Of a stretch of 24,000 nucleotides of DNA, positions 15,422 to 24,000 are shown piece after piece (position 1 is the first letter of the stretch; every line of letters begins with the position of its first letter). Source of the DNA: Trinickia sp. LjRoot230. GTDB lineage: Bacteria > Pseudomonadota > Gammaproteobacteria > Burkholderiales > Burkholderiaceae. A program made the position numbers and the translations under genes. The notes beneath the pieces were generated by a model. The model was not told the DNA's origin and searched no databases. It saw nothing but the letters and a program-made list of their open reading frames with translations. The DNA is taken from assembly GCF_964253315.1 (NCBI RefSeq), contig NZ_CAXUQX020000001.1, positions 1,899,571 to 1,923,570 on the forward strand, in the 5' to 3' direction.

Positions 15422-16315
15422 TCACCATCGCGCATCGTGCTTCCAACGGCCGGTGATCGGGCGTAGCGCCAATCGCAGCAGGCCGATTTTTCCCATATGA
15501 AAGCCGATGGCCGATTGTTTGAGATAGCGTTCATAGCGCGACGTGACCGCTTCACCCACGAGTTGCACCGCTTGCTCTCTTCGCTTCGCTAAATTGCGCG
15601 CCCAGCACTCGAGTGTGCGGGCGTAATGCAAGCGATGATTGACGACACTCGTGATCTCGAACAGGTCTTGCGTGCTTTTGACGATTTCTTCGAATGTAGG
15701 CAGGTCTGCCGATGGAAAAATTTCGTTATTGATGAAGGCACTGGCTTCGCTGCGTTTCATCGTTCCGTATGCAATCGTTTGCAGCGACAGGCGCCCGTCG
15801 GGCGTGAGCCAATCGCGGCAGCGACGAAAAAAATCGGCGTAGAGCGCGATTTTTTGGGTGTCGCTGTCCTCGGGGGAGGCGAAGTGCTCGAATGCGCCGA
15901 CCGAGACGATGGAGTCATAGCGCGCCTCGGGTTCGTGATCGGCCCAATGCTCGAGTCGCACGTCGGCGTGAGGCAAGCCAAGCGCGCTGACATAGTCGAA
16001 TTGATCGTGGCTTAATGTGAGCCCCGTGGCTCTCGCGGCTCGCCGTTCGAGGCACGCGAGCTGTAACAGCGCGCCCCATCCGCAGCCAATGTCGAGTACG
16101 TTCGATCCTTCTTGAACATGCGCCGCGTCGAGATGCAAGCGGATCTTCGCGAGCTGTGCGTCACGCAGTTCGCCGCCGGCACTCGCGTCGGGCCAGAGTG
16201 CACACGAGTAGGACAGCGTATCGTCGAGCCAGAGCGCGTAGAAGGCACGGCCTACGTCGTAGTGATAGGCGATCGCGGAGGCCGAACCCCCATAGTTCGT
16301 TGCGGCGGTACTCAT
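15422..16315 (-). CDS. Cyclopropane-fatty-acyl/mycolic-acid synthase-family SAM-dependent methyltransferase (297 aa)
   Basis: HYDVGRAFYALWLD, SAM motif VLDIGCGWGALL, the catalytic-region motif VSVGAFEHF and C-terminal YERYLKQSAIGFHMGKIGLLRL are present. The size class matches CmaA/MmaA (about 290 aa) rather than E. coli Cfa (382 aa). The start overlaps the ACP stop in ATGA. Confidence 0.85.
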   Translation of the reverse strand: MSTAATNYGGSASAIAYHYDVGRAFYALWLDDTLSYSCALWPDASAGGELRDAQLAKIRLHLDAAHVQEGSNVLDIGCGWGALLQLACLERRAARATGLTLSHDQFDYVSALGLPHADVRLEHWADHEPEARYDSIVSVGAFEHFASPEDSDTQKIALYADFFRRCRDWLTPDGRLSLQTIAYGTMKRSEASAFINNEIFPSADLPTFEEIVKSTQDLFEITSVVNHRLHYARTLECWARNLAKRREQAVQLVGEAVTSRYERYLKQSAIGFHMGKIGLLRLALRPITGRWKHDARW

Positions 16316-16602
16316 GCAGCGTGCCTTTGCGGCAGGCGGCGCACAACGTCCGCGGCGAGCTCGGCCAGCGTTGTATTTTCGAATATCACCGACGGCGGGA
16401 TTTCCTGGCGGACATATACCTCGAGATCGAGCAGCATCGAAGTCGTGATGGCTGAGTCGAGCCCGAGGCTGTCGAGCTCGGCATGTTCGTCGAGTTCAGC
16501 CTCGGAGAAGTTGAGCACCTGCGCGAGATAAGCCTTGCACCACGCGACGATCATCGCGGCATCGACGGTTGCGGGGCTGCCTTGGGCGAGTTCTGTGTGC
16601 AT
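16312..16602 (-). CDS. Stand-alone acyl carrier protein (96 aa)
   Basis: The ATG at 16602 has AAGGAAA upstream. The phosphopantetheine attachment motif is LDSLGLDSAITTSM. The upstream part of track ORF 16312..16743 overlaps the desaturase 3' end and was rejected. Confidence 0.8.
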   Translation of the reverse strand: MHTELAQGSPATVDAAMIVAWCKAYLAQVLNFSEAELDEHAELDSLGLDSAITTSMLLDLEVYVRQEIPPSVIFENTTLAELAADVVRRLPQRHAA

Positions 16603-16613
16603 GTTGGCTTTCC

Positions 16614-17573
16614 TTATCGAGTGGCGAGCGGCCGTCGTTCGAGCGCTTGCATTTGGGCTTTCGTGGGCACGTTGACCTCCCGCGCAAGCCCGGTCAGCGC
16701 GAGCAGACAGATGAACCAATAGCCGGGATCGATGCGATACCACGCAAGGCCGAATGACGCCGACGCGGGGAACGCATGATGGTTGTTATGCCACGGCTCG
16801 CCGAAAACGAACGGCGCCAATAACGCGATGTTGCGGCTTTCGTCACGCGCGCGAAATCGTCGCGTACCGAGCATATGGCCAAACGAGTTGAGGGCCCAAA
16901 TCGAGTGTTCGAGAATGAACATTCGCACAACGCCACCCCACAGCGCACCCGTTAGGAGTCCTATCCATTCACCTCGCAGCGCCGCACACAAGATGGCCGG
17001 CAAAATGACTCCCGCGATCGCGCAGTAGTAGTAGCGCCGATTGATGGCAACCAGCAGGCGTTCGCGCACGAGATCCGGCGCGTACTGAACCACATTGGGA
17101 TACGGGTGCCCCGCCATCCAGGTGAAATGGGCATGAGCCAGCCCTCGCAGGCGCCCGCGCAGCGAGGCGCCATGCAAATTCGGCGAGTGGACGTCGCCGT
17201 CTCGATCGGTTAATTCGTGATGCCGCCGATGCATTGCCACCCATGAGATGACGGGGCCTTGACCGGCCATCTGCCCGACGATCGCCAACGCTGCGGCCAA
17301 CACGCGATTTGCTTTGAACGAGCGATGCGTGAAGAGCCGATGGTAGCCAACCGATACGCTGAGCCCCGTCGCAGCCCACATGAGCAAGAACACTACGGCT
17401 TCTTGCATGCCGACGTGAAACGAACGTGCCGTGGCGAATGCAACCAGCGTTACCGGAATCGGCAGAATGTCGAAAATGACGAAGTGTTTGCGCTGCAGCC
17501 GGCGCAACGCGGGATCGTCGATAACCCGCCTGGCTCCAGGGCTCATAGCCGGTCCGCCGGTGCAGCCTTGCAT
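16614..17573 (-). CDS. Membrane fatty-acid desaturase, Delta9/SCD-DesC-DesA3 family
   Basis: Three His boxes are present: GYHRLFTHRSF, WVAMHRRHHELTDRDGDVHSP and GEPWHNNHHAFP. There are two pairs of hydrophobic spans. GGAGG lies 4 nt upstream of the ATG at 17573. It is the first gene of the cassette. Confidence 0.85.
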   Translation of the reverse strand: MQGCTGGPAMSPGARRVIDDPALRRLQRKHFVIFDILPIPVTLVAFATARSFHVGMQEAVVFLLMWAATGLSVSVGYHRLFTHRSFKANRVLAAALAIVGQMAGQGPVISWVAMHRRHHELTDRDGDVHSPNLHGASLRGRLRGLAHAHFTWMAGHPYPNVVQYAPDLVRERLLVAINRRYYYCAIAGVILPAILCAALRGEWIGLLTGALWGGVVRMFILEHSIWALNSFGHMLGTRRFRARDESRNIALLAPFVFGEPWHNNHHAFPASASFGLAWYRIDPGYWFICLLALTGLAREVNVPTKAQMQALERRPLATR

Positions 17574-17670
17574 GACGCCTCCAATGGGTTTTTTCCGACA
17601 ATGGCGAACGCGGTGCTCGTCGATGGGATTTGCAATCCCAATGTTAGGAAAATTGCGTGCTTGCGCGGAG

Positions 17671-17697
17671 CGCGTGTTTCGGAGTCGCGTGTTTCGG
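17671..17697. repeat. Tandem direct repeat CGCGTGTTTCGG x2 (15-bp period) upstream of the desaturase operon
   Basis: cgcgtgtttcgg-agt-cgcgtgtttcgg lies about 100-125 nt upstream of the desaturase start. It is bracketed by the imperfect inverted repeat aattGCGTGC (17651-17660) / GCACGCgcaat (17704-17714). Confidence 0.6.
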
Positions 17698-18079
17698 CGA
17701 AGCGCACGCGCAATGTACGCAAGCCGTTGACCGGCGTGGCGTTGCGCGAAATACGATGGGCCAAACCCAAAAAACGCCTACTACGGGAATGATTAGAACC
17801 GAAACGGCAGGCAGTGCCGTCGATGCTGTTTTCGTTGAGTGCACAACTAAAAGCGGACCGATCCAGGGTGCGGCGTATCGTCGGTGCAAGTGCAAACCTG
17901 CCGTCGCTATGTCGCTTGGCCACAGTGCTTCGCGAATCGGTTACAATCTTGCGTTCGCCGTTTGAAAGGCGCTCGAGTGGAAGAAATGGCGTGAATCTTT
18001 CCACACGGCAGTCCGTCAAGCGGCCGCAGCATGAACAGCGAACACGAACGCGCATTGCATACCTATGCGCGATTCGGCT

Positions 18080-18166
18080 GCGAGGATGGCGAAATTGGTA
18101 GACGCACCAGGTTTAGGTCCTGACGCCAGCAATGGTGTGCGGGTTCGAGTCCCGCTCCTCGCACCA
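18080..18166 (+). tRNA. tRNA-Leu, anticodon UAG (class II, long variable arm, encoded CCA)
   Basis: Acceptor stem GCGAGGA/TCCTCGC, D-arm GCGAAATTGGTAGACGC, anticodon loop TT-TAG-GT, long variable arm CGCCAGCAATGGTGT, T-arm GCGGG-TTCGAGT-CCCGC, then ACCA. It is near-identical in layout to E. coli tRNA-Leu(UAG). Confidence 0.95.
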
Positions 18167-18252
18167 CTTATTTCTCGTTTCTTTTTCCTGTCATCGAAGC
18201 GCCTGCAGTTGCAGGCGTTGCCGCGTCCCGCGCGAATTCAGACACGAACGCC

Positions 18253-19263
18253 ATGAGCGAGCTCACCGGGAACTCAGCACGACCGCCGCGCACCGCCATC
18301 GTCGGTGCCGGTGCGATTGGCGGGTTGCTTGCCGCCGCGCTATCGCAGGCCGGCCACGTGGTCAGCGTACTTGCCCGCGGACAAACACTCGAAGCGATTC
18401 GCAACGAGGGCATTCGCGTGATCGAAACGGGTGGGCAGGTCCGCCGCTTCGACGTGCGCGTAAGCGCTGACGCGGCGGATCTTGGTGAGCAGGACTTCGT
18501 CGTGATCGCGGTCAAGGCGCAGTCCGTACCGGCGCTGGCCTCGGCCATGCAGCCGCTCATCGGCGCCGAAACCGCGGTTGTCAGCGCGACGAACGGCTTG
18601 CCGTGGTGGTTTCTCGATGGCATGCAGCGCTCGCTTGCCGACGCGCGCATCGAGGCCGTCGACCCGGGCGGCGCGGTCTCCCGCGCGCTGCCCGCTGCAC
18701 GCGCGATCGGCTGCGTAGTGCATCTTTCGGCATCGACGGACGCACCGGGCATCGTGCGGCGCGGCCGCGGTAATCGGCTCATCATCGGCGCGGCACAGCG
18801 CGCGCTTGCCGACACCGCGCGAACACTCGCACAGGCATTGTCCGCGGGCGGGTTCGATGCCGTCGCCACCGACGATATTCGCACCGAAATCTGGGCCAAG
18901 CTGTGGGGCAATATGAACATGAACCCGCTCAGCGCGCTGACGGGCTCCACGGCTGACCGCCTGCTCGACGATCCGCTTACGCATGCGTTGGTGCTCCGGA
19001 TGATGGAGGAGGCCGATGCCATTGGCGCTTGCCTCGGGCTGTCCACTGGCATGGCCGCGAATGCGCGCGTCGCCATCACGCGCGAGCTCGGAGCGTTCAA
19101 GACCTCGATGCTGCAAGACCTGGAAGCGGGCCGACCGCTCGAAATCGAGCCGATCCTCGGCGTCTTTCCCGAGTTGGGCCGCAAGATCGGCGTGCCGACG
19201 CCATATTGCGATGCCGTGCTGGGCCTCGTGCGCCAGCGCGCCGTCAACAGCGGGCTGTACTAG
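18253..19263 (+). CDS. 2-dehydropantoate 2-reductase (PanE/ApbA) family oxidoreductase
   Basis: N-terminal Rossmann motif TAIVGAGAIGGLLAAAL, then FVVIAVKAQS and SATNGLPWWF, and a ketopantoate-reductase-type C-terminal domain. The larger antisense ORF 18168..19247 was rejected. Confidence 0.75.
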   Translation: MSELTGNSARPPRTAIVGAGAIGGLLAAALSQAGHVVSVLARGQTLEAIRNEGIRVIETGGQVRRFDVRVSADAADLGEQDFVVIAVKAQSVPALASAMQPLIGAETAVVSATNGLPWWFLDGMQRSLADARIEAVDPGGAVSRALPAARAIGCVVHLSASTDAPGIVRRGRGNRLIIGAAQRALADTARTLAQALSAGGFDAVATDDIRTEIWAKLWGNMNMNPLSALTGSTADRLLDDPLTHALVLRMMEEADAIGACLGLSTGMAANARVAITRELGAFKTSMLQDLEAGRPLEIEPILGVFPELGRKIGVPTPYCDAVLGLVRQRAVNSGLY

Positions 19264-19266
19264 CTG

Positions 19267-19299
19267 CCTGCTAGCGCAGACTAGTCGGGCGCTAGCAGG
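19267..19299. terminator. Perfect 11-bp hairpin between convergent genes
   Basis: CCTGCTAGCGC-agactagtcgg-GCGCTAGCAGG starts 4 nt after the panE-family stop. Its loop and 3' arm overlap the last codons of the MarR gene. There is no U-tract. Confidence 0.4.
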
Positions 19300-19730
19300 T
19301 TCGTAATGACCTTGTCGAGCATCTGTCCGAGCGCGGCTTTTTCGGCGTCATCGAGGCAACCGAAAAGATCTGCATTCCATTTGCGGGCGATCGGCATCAC
19401 TTTGCGATAAAGCTCGCGACCTTCCTCGGTCAGAGAGATCAACACGACACGCCCGTCGTCGCTGCAAGACTCGCGCCGCGCGAGCCCGCGTTGGATTAGC
19501 GCTTCGGCTGCGCGGCTCGCCTGGCTTTTGTCGAGGTTGGCCCGCTTGGCGAGATCCATGATCGAAAACGGCCCGAACGAGCCGACCGATGCGATGACGC
19601 GCGCCTCCGGCAGCGTGATTTCAAGCTTCGTCTGATAGCGTTCGCTGATGAAGCGATCCGAAAGCTTGTTCAAAACGTGCATACGGTAGGTCAGAAATTT
19701 GTCGAGCCCGGCTTTGGCAGCGGCCTTCAT
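19281..19730 (-). CDS. MarR-family transcriptional regulator
   Basis: The winged helix is LPEARVIASVGSFGPFSIMDLAKRANLDKSQASRAAEALIQRGLARRESCSDDGRVVLISLTEEGRELY. The start is at 19730 (MKAAAKAG), with an alternative at 19760. Confidence 0.85.
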   Translation of the reverse strand: MKAAAKAGLDKFLTYRMHVLNKLSDRFISERYQTKLEITLPEARVIASVGSFGPFSIMDLAKRANLDKSQASRAAEALIQRGLARRESCSDDGRVVLISLTEEGRELYRKVMPIARKWNADLFGCLDDAEKAALGQMLDKVITNLLAPD

Positions 19731-19810
19731 AGGAATCCCGTGGGTTGGATGGCAAAGCAAGTGGCCCGGCGTGCCGCGAAAAACGCAGTCAGGGGGGCTG
19801 CATGTGCGAC

Positions 19811-20953
19811 TTAGTTGCCGTATTTTAGGCGAGTCAACTGCTCGGCCTCGTTAGCCAACAGCCGGGCGGCGTCGCGAATCGCCACGTCGAGCGCAATCGG
19901 ACCGGGCGCGGGCGAAAAGCAGCCGGTGAAATACTCCGACAGCGCGACAAGCGCCGCGGCGTCCACTGCGCCCGATAGCAACGACGCCGGTACACCGGCC
20001 GCGCGCGCATGCCGGCAGGCGACGAAGGGCGCTTTGCCGCGCAGCGTTTGCGCATCGGAGCGGCCTTCGCCGGTAATGAGCCAATTAGCGCCGTCGAGCG
20101 CCGCATCGAGCCCGAGTTGGGCCGCTATCACCTCCGCGCCGGGCTGGAATTCGGCGCCCAGCATGTGCAAGGCGAAGCCGAGTCCACCCGCCGCGCCTGC
20201 GCCGGGCAACTCGCGCGCGCGGCGGCCAAGTGCCGCTTCGACAAGCGTCGCGAAGCGGCCGAGTACGTCGTCGAGCGAGGCGATCTGAGCCGCGCCGACG
20301 CCTTTTTGAGGGCCGAAGACGGCGGTTGCGCCATGTTCGCCGGTCAGTGGGTTGTCGACATCCGACATCGCAACGAATGAAGCTTGCGCGAGCCGTGCAT
20401 CGAAGCCGGAGGCGTCGACGCGCGCAACCCGCGCGAGCGACTCGGGCGTGGGTTCGATTTCGCGGCCATCGGCATCGAACAGCGCGAGGCCGAGGCCGAC
20501 GAGCAGGCCCGCGCCGCCGTCGTTGGTGCTGCTGCCGCCTAGCGCGACGAAAAAGCGCCGCACGCCCGTGTCGAGCAATGACCGGATAGCGACACCCATG
20601 CCGCGTGTGCTGCGCCGCTCGACGGGCGCGTGCATAGCTGTTTCATCAGTGATGCCGACGACTTCCGCGGTCTCGACGATGGCACTGCCGTCGGGGAGCA
20701 GCCCGACGGCGGCTTGGCGTTCGTCGTCGGCGGCGCCGGGCACGCTCAACATGCGACGCTCACCGCCGCGCGCGAGCAGGGCGTCGAGCGTCCCTTCTCC
20801 GCCGTCGGCCATCGGCACGATGCGCACGATGGCGTCCGGGCGTGCCCGCATGATGCCGGTTGCGATGGCATCAGCAACGCCTTGCGCGCTGAGCGAGCCT
20901 TTGAACGAGTCAGGGGCGATGACGACGACCGGCGAGGGCGGCGTATTCGGCAT
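19811..20953 (-). CDS. Glycerate kinase (GlxK/GarK family)
   Basis: VVIAPDSFKGSLSAQGVADAI, PMADGGEGTLDAL and GGSSTNDGGAGLL are canonical glycerate kinase motifs. Confidence 0.9.
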   Translation of the reverse strand: MPNTPPSPVVVIAPDSFKGSLSAQGVADAIATGIMRARPDAIVRIVPMADGGEGTLDALLARGGERRMLSVPGAADDERQAAVGLLPDGSAIVETAEVVGITDETAMHAPVERRSTRGMGVAIRSLLDTGVRRFFVALGGSSTNDGGAGLLVGLGLALFDADGREIEPTPESLARVARVDASGFDARLAQASFVAMSDVDNPLTGEHGATAVFGPQKGVGAAQIASLDDVLGRFATLVEAALGRRARELPGAGAAGGLGFALHMLGAEFQPGAEVIAAQLGLDAALDGANWLITGEGRSDAQTLRGKAPFVACRHARAAGVPASLLSGAVDAAALVALSEYFTGCFSPAPGPIALDVAIRDAARLLANEAEQLTRLKYGN

Positions 20954-21127
20954 GGTGTCTCCGGATATCGAATTGGTATGTAGTAATGTATCTGCCGCTG
21001 CAATAGCGCGGTCGCCATGACTGACTGCTGACGTCCGGCCGACAGCTTATCAGCGCCGCGTCGATTAGCGATAGCATGGCCGATTTTCGCAAGTGAAGCG
21101 CAAATCCGGGCTGGGCGAACGAATAGT

Positions 21128-21136
21128 TTGCTAGAA
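21128..21136 (+). promoter_or_regulatory. Possible extended -10 promoter (TGcTAGAAT) upstream of tig
   Basis: TGCTAGAAT is at 21128-21136 with no good -35. It would give a leader of about 210 nt before the tig ATG at 21355. Confidence 0.3.
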
Positions 21137-21354
21137 TATTCGATTCTTCCGATCCAGACTGTGCTCCCGGCTTGCTGATGAAAACGTAATGCGGCGACGT
21201 AATGCCGACGCAATGCGTTATCCGATGCGACGTTGTGGTGGGGAAACTGCCGGCGCGAAAAAAGTGATGCGGCGCCGTTTTCGTGTGGCGGTGCTCCGGC
21301 ATGCACGGAGAAGGTGACCCGATTCGCTAGACCAATTTTAGGACGATTGAAGCC

Positions 21355-22701
21355 ATGGCTAACGTTGTTGAAAACCTCGGCAAGCTCGAACGCCGCGTGA
21401 CCATTTCACTGCCGAAGGAGGCGGTGCAAAAGGAAATCGAATCCCGTATTCGCCAGATCGCGAAGAATGTGCGCATGCCGGGCTTCCGTCCGGGCAAGGT
21501 GCCGCTCAAGATGGTGACGCAGCAGTACGCGGGGCAAGTCGAGGCCGAAGTGCTGAGCGACAAAGTGGGCAAGCAGTTCTTCGATATCAGCCGTGCGGAA
21601 AATCTGCGCGTGGCGGGCCAACCGAGCTTCAGTCCGAAAGACGACGCAACCGCTGACGCCTATGCGTTCGACGCGACGTTCGAGGTTTATCCGGAAGTGG
21701 CGCTCGGCGATTTGTCGACGGCGCAAGTGGAGCGCGCGGTGACGACGATCTCCGACGCCGAAGTCGACCGCACACTCGAAATCCTGCGCAAGCAGCGCGT
21801 GCATTATCACGCACGCGGCGAGTCGGGCGAGCATGGCGACGGCGGCGGGGATCAAGCGGTGCAAAGCGGCGATCGCGTCACGGTCGATTTCGTCGGCAAG
21901 CTCGACGGCGTGCCGTTCGAAGGCGGCAGCGCGGAAGATTTCTCGTTCGTGCTCGGCGAGGGCCGGATGTTGCCCGAATTCGAGCAGGCGGCGATGGGCT
22001 TGAAGGTTGGCGAGTCCCGCGAATTCGATCTGAAATTCCCGGACGACTACCACGGCAAGGAAGTGGCTGGCAAAACGGCGCAGTTCACGATCACGATGAA
22101 GAAGGTCGAATGGCCGCACCTGCCCGAGGTCGATGCCGAATTCGCCAAATCGCTCGGCGTGGCCGATGGCGATCTCGTGAAGATGCGCGCCGAGATCAAG
22201 GAAAACCTCGAGCGCGAGGCGAAGCGCCGCACGCAAGCAATCGTCAAGAACCAGGTGATGGACGCTATCTTGAAAATTTCCGAACTCGAAGTGCCGAAGG
22301 CGCTGATCGAGCAGGATCAGGAGCGGCTCGTCGAAATGGCGCGGCAAGACCTGACGCAACGCGGCGTACCGAACGCCGCGACCGCGCCGATCCCGGCTGA
22401 AATGTTCAAGGAACAGGCTGAGCGTCGCGTCAAACTCGGCTTGGTGGTGGCTGAGCTCGTGAAGGCTAATCAGCTCGAGGCGAAGCCCGAGCAGATCCGC
22501 GCCGAGGTCGAAGAGTTCGCGAAAAGCTATGAAGACCCGAAAGAAGTCATCCGCTGGTATTATTCCAACCAGCAGCGCCTGGCCGAAATGGAAGCCTACG
22601 TCGTGGAAAGCAACGTCGTGGAATTTGTCCTGGGCAAGGCGAATGTGACGGATAAGGAAGTCAGCTTCGAAGCATTGGCGAGCGCCTCGGCGCAAGCGTA
22701 A
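21355..22701 (+). CDS. tig: Trigger factor (ribosome-associated chaperone / PPIase)
   Basis: 448-aa ORF with the ribosome-binding signature GFRPGKVP, a central FKBP-type domain and an acidic helical C-terminus. Confidence 0.95.
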   Translation: MANVVENLGKLERRVTISLPKEAVQKEIESRIRQIAKNVRMPGFRPGKVPLKMVTQQYAGQVEAEVLSDKVGKQFFDISRAENLRVAGQPSFSPKDDATADAYAFDATFEVYPEVALGDLSTAQVERAVTTISDAEVDRTLEILRKQRVHYHARGESGEHGDGGGDQAVQSGDRVTVDFVGKLDGVPFEGGSAEDFSFVLGEGRMLPEFEQAAMGLKVGESREFDLKFPDDYHGKEVAGKTAQFTITMKKVEWPHLPEVDAEFAKSLGVADGDLVKMRAEIKENLEREAKRRTQAIVKNQVMDAILKISELEVPKALIEQDQERLVEMARQDLTQRGVPNAATAPIPAEMFKEQAERRVKLGLVVAELVKANQLEAKPEQIRAEVEEFAKSYEDPKEVIRWYYSNQQRLAEMEAYVVESNVVEFVLGKANVTDKEVSFEALASASAQA

Positions 22702-22713
22702 GGCATCGCCGCG

Positions 22714-22757
22714 AACGGCGTGCGAGCTGTCGAAGTGACGGCCGCACGCCGTTTTTA
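22714..22757 (+). terminator. Intrinsic terminator/attenuator after tig
   Basis: AACGGCGTGCG-(18-nt loop)-CGCACGCCGTT forms an 11-bp stem immediately followed by TTTT, 13 nt after the tig stop. Confidence 0.6.
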
Positions 22758-22814
22758 CGTGTGCCACACTCGGCTGATGCCATCCAAGACCCATTCCGAA
22801 GAAGGAACCATTGC

Positions 22815-23468
22815 ATGACCTTTCGCGCTCAATTGCTGGACACGTTGGCCTCCCACGCGCCGCGGGATCTGGAAGCGCAGGCGTTGGGGCTCGTTCCGAT
22901 CGTCGTGGAAACGAGCGGTCGGGGCGAGCGTTCATACGATATTTATTCGCGTTTGCTGAAAGAGCGCGTTGTCTTCATGGTCGGCGAAGTCAACGATCAG
23001 ACGGCGAATCTCGTGGTGGCGCAGTTGCTGTTTCTCGAGAGTGAAAACCCCGACAAGGACATCAGTCTCTATATCAACAGTCCGGGTGGCTCAGTGTCGG
23101 CCGGCATGGCGATTTACGACACGATGCAGTTCGTCAAGCCTGATGTCTCCACGCTCTGCATGGGCTTGGCGGCCAGTATGGGCGCGTTCTTACTTGCATC
23201 CGGTGCAAAGAACAAGCGGTTCGCGTTGCCGAATGCACGGGTAATGATTCACCAGCCGCTCGGCGGTGCGCGCGGGCAGGCGTCCGATATCGAGATTCAG
23301 GCGCGTGAAATTCTTTACCTGAAAGACCGCCTCAACCATCTGCTGGCGCATCACACTGGCCAGCCGGTGGAGCGTATCGCGCGCGATACCGATCGCGATA
23401 ACTTTATGTCCGGGGAGGATGCCCAGGCGTACGGACTGATCGATCAAGTCCTGCAAAAGCGCCCGTAG
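22815..23468 (+). CDS. clpP: ATP-dependent Clp protease proteolytic subunit
   Basis: Catalytic triad context is present: [11 protein letters not shown] (Ser), MIHQPLGG (His), RDTDRDNFM (Asp). GAAGGAA lies upstream of the ATG at 22815. The 18-codon extension in the track is unlikely to be real. Confidence 0.95.
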   Translation: MTFRAQLLDTLASHAPRDLEAQALGLVPIVVETSGRGERSYDIYSRLLKERVVFMVGEVNDQTANLVVAQLLFLESENPDKDISLYINSPGGSVSAGMAIYDTMQFVKPDVSTLCMGLAASMGAFLLASGAKNKRFALPNARVMIHQPLGGARGQASDIEIQAREILYLKDRLNHLLAHHTGQPVERIARDTDRDNFMSGEDAQAYGLIDQVLQKRP

Positions 23469-23665
23469 CCACATCGCATAAGTTGGCAATCTTTCGCCGC
23501 TAGGTGTGGTTGCCGGCTCAAGCGATGCTATAAATGGTCGATAATACGATCTGGGCGCCGACGGCGGGGACGCCAACGAACGTCTCGCCGTAATCATCAG
23601 ACCCTCAATAGTGGGGCGATGTACGGCGTGCCTTGTTTTTCGAGTGTCCGGAGGCTCGCATATCC

Positions 23666-24000
23666 ATGGCGGACAAAAAAGGTTCGAACAGCGAAAAGCT
23701 GTTGTATTGCTCGTTTTGCGGCAAGAGTCAGCATGAGGTGAAAAAGCTGATTGCCGGCCCGTCGGTGTTCATCTGTGATGAATGTATCGACCTGTGCAAC
23801 GAGATCATCCGCGACGAAGCCGCGGGAGCAGGCACGGACGCAGGCTTGTCGAAGTCCGACTTGCCAAGCCCGCAAGAGATTCGCGACATCCTCGATCAAT
23901 ACGTGATCGGGCAGGAGCGCGCGAAAAAGATTCTTGCTGTGGCGGTCTACAACCACTACAAGCGGCTTAAGCACCTCGACAAGAAGGACGAGATCGAACT
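23666..24000 (+). CDS. clpX: ATP-dependent Clp protease ATP-binding subunit ClpX, 5' partial (runs off window)
   Basis: My translation from the ATG at 23666 is [51 protein letters not shown]...[27 protein letters not shown]. It has the C4 zinc-binding domain and the start of the AAA+ module. It is not in the ORF track because there is no stop in the window. Confidence 0.95.
   Translation, partial: MADKKGSNSEKLLYCSFCGKSQHEVKKLIAGPSVFICDECIDLCNEIIRDEAAGAGTDAGLSKSDLPSPQEIRDILDQYVIGQERAKKILAVAVYNHYKRLKHLDKKDEIE

Noticed and set aside
17574-18079. tRNA-Leu-adjacent region as a possible genomic-island junction for the lipid cassette
   Set aside because: The cassette lies on the 5' side of the tRNA, not the 3' side where integrases usually target. 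I found no integrase gene and no direct repeat of the tRNA 3' end in the window. The GC content of the cassette looks like that of its flanks.
21406-22935. 509-aa ORF on the minus strand, the longest in the track
   Set aside because: It is entirely antisense to trigger factor and the clpP 5' region, whose products have unmistakable motifs. Its product is Arg/His/Leu-rich and low-complexity, as expected for a shadow frame in high-GC DNA.

Overview
This is a high-GC (about 62-65%) proteobacterial chromosome segment. Gene content and order (tRNA-Leu, then tig-clpP-clpX; LysR/pirin pair; standalone S21 next to a csp gene) look Burkholderia/Paraburkholderia-like, but that is inferred from memory, not searched. 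It reads as mostly core genome. I saw no CRISPR array, IS element, integrase or prophage signature.

Gene order, left to right:
- A minus-strand sugar-acid operon (LgoD-like Zn-dehydrogenase, short UxaB-like reductase, ACS-family MFS transporter running off the window). A divergent GntR/FadR regulator faces it, and an AATTGG/CCAATT operator overlaps the operon's -35 box.
- A lower-GC (about 52%) orphan ORF with a Ser-rich disordered N-terminus.
- A divergent pirin/LysR pair.
- A standalone S21 paralog with a TTG start, divergent from a cspA-family gene that has a consensus promoter and a roughly 150-nt leader.
- Three small uncharacterised ORFs.
- selU - Cys-rich permease - selD (a selenouridine trait locus).
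- A LysR regulator divergent from a GlcG/DUF336 gene.
- A compact four-gene minus-strand cassette: membrane desaturase, ACP, CFA-synthase-like methyltransferase, fatty acyl-AMP ligase.
- tRNA-Leu(UAG), a PanE-family reductase, a MarR regulator, glycerate kinase, then tig, clpP and the 5' end of clpX.

Best candidates for undescribed biology:
- The carrier-protein-dependent lipid-tailoring cassette at 13556-17573.
- The MCTCC-motif permease between selU and selD, as a candidate selenium transporter.

Many long ORFs in the track are antisense or alternate-frame shadows typical of high-GC DNA, and I rejected them.
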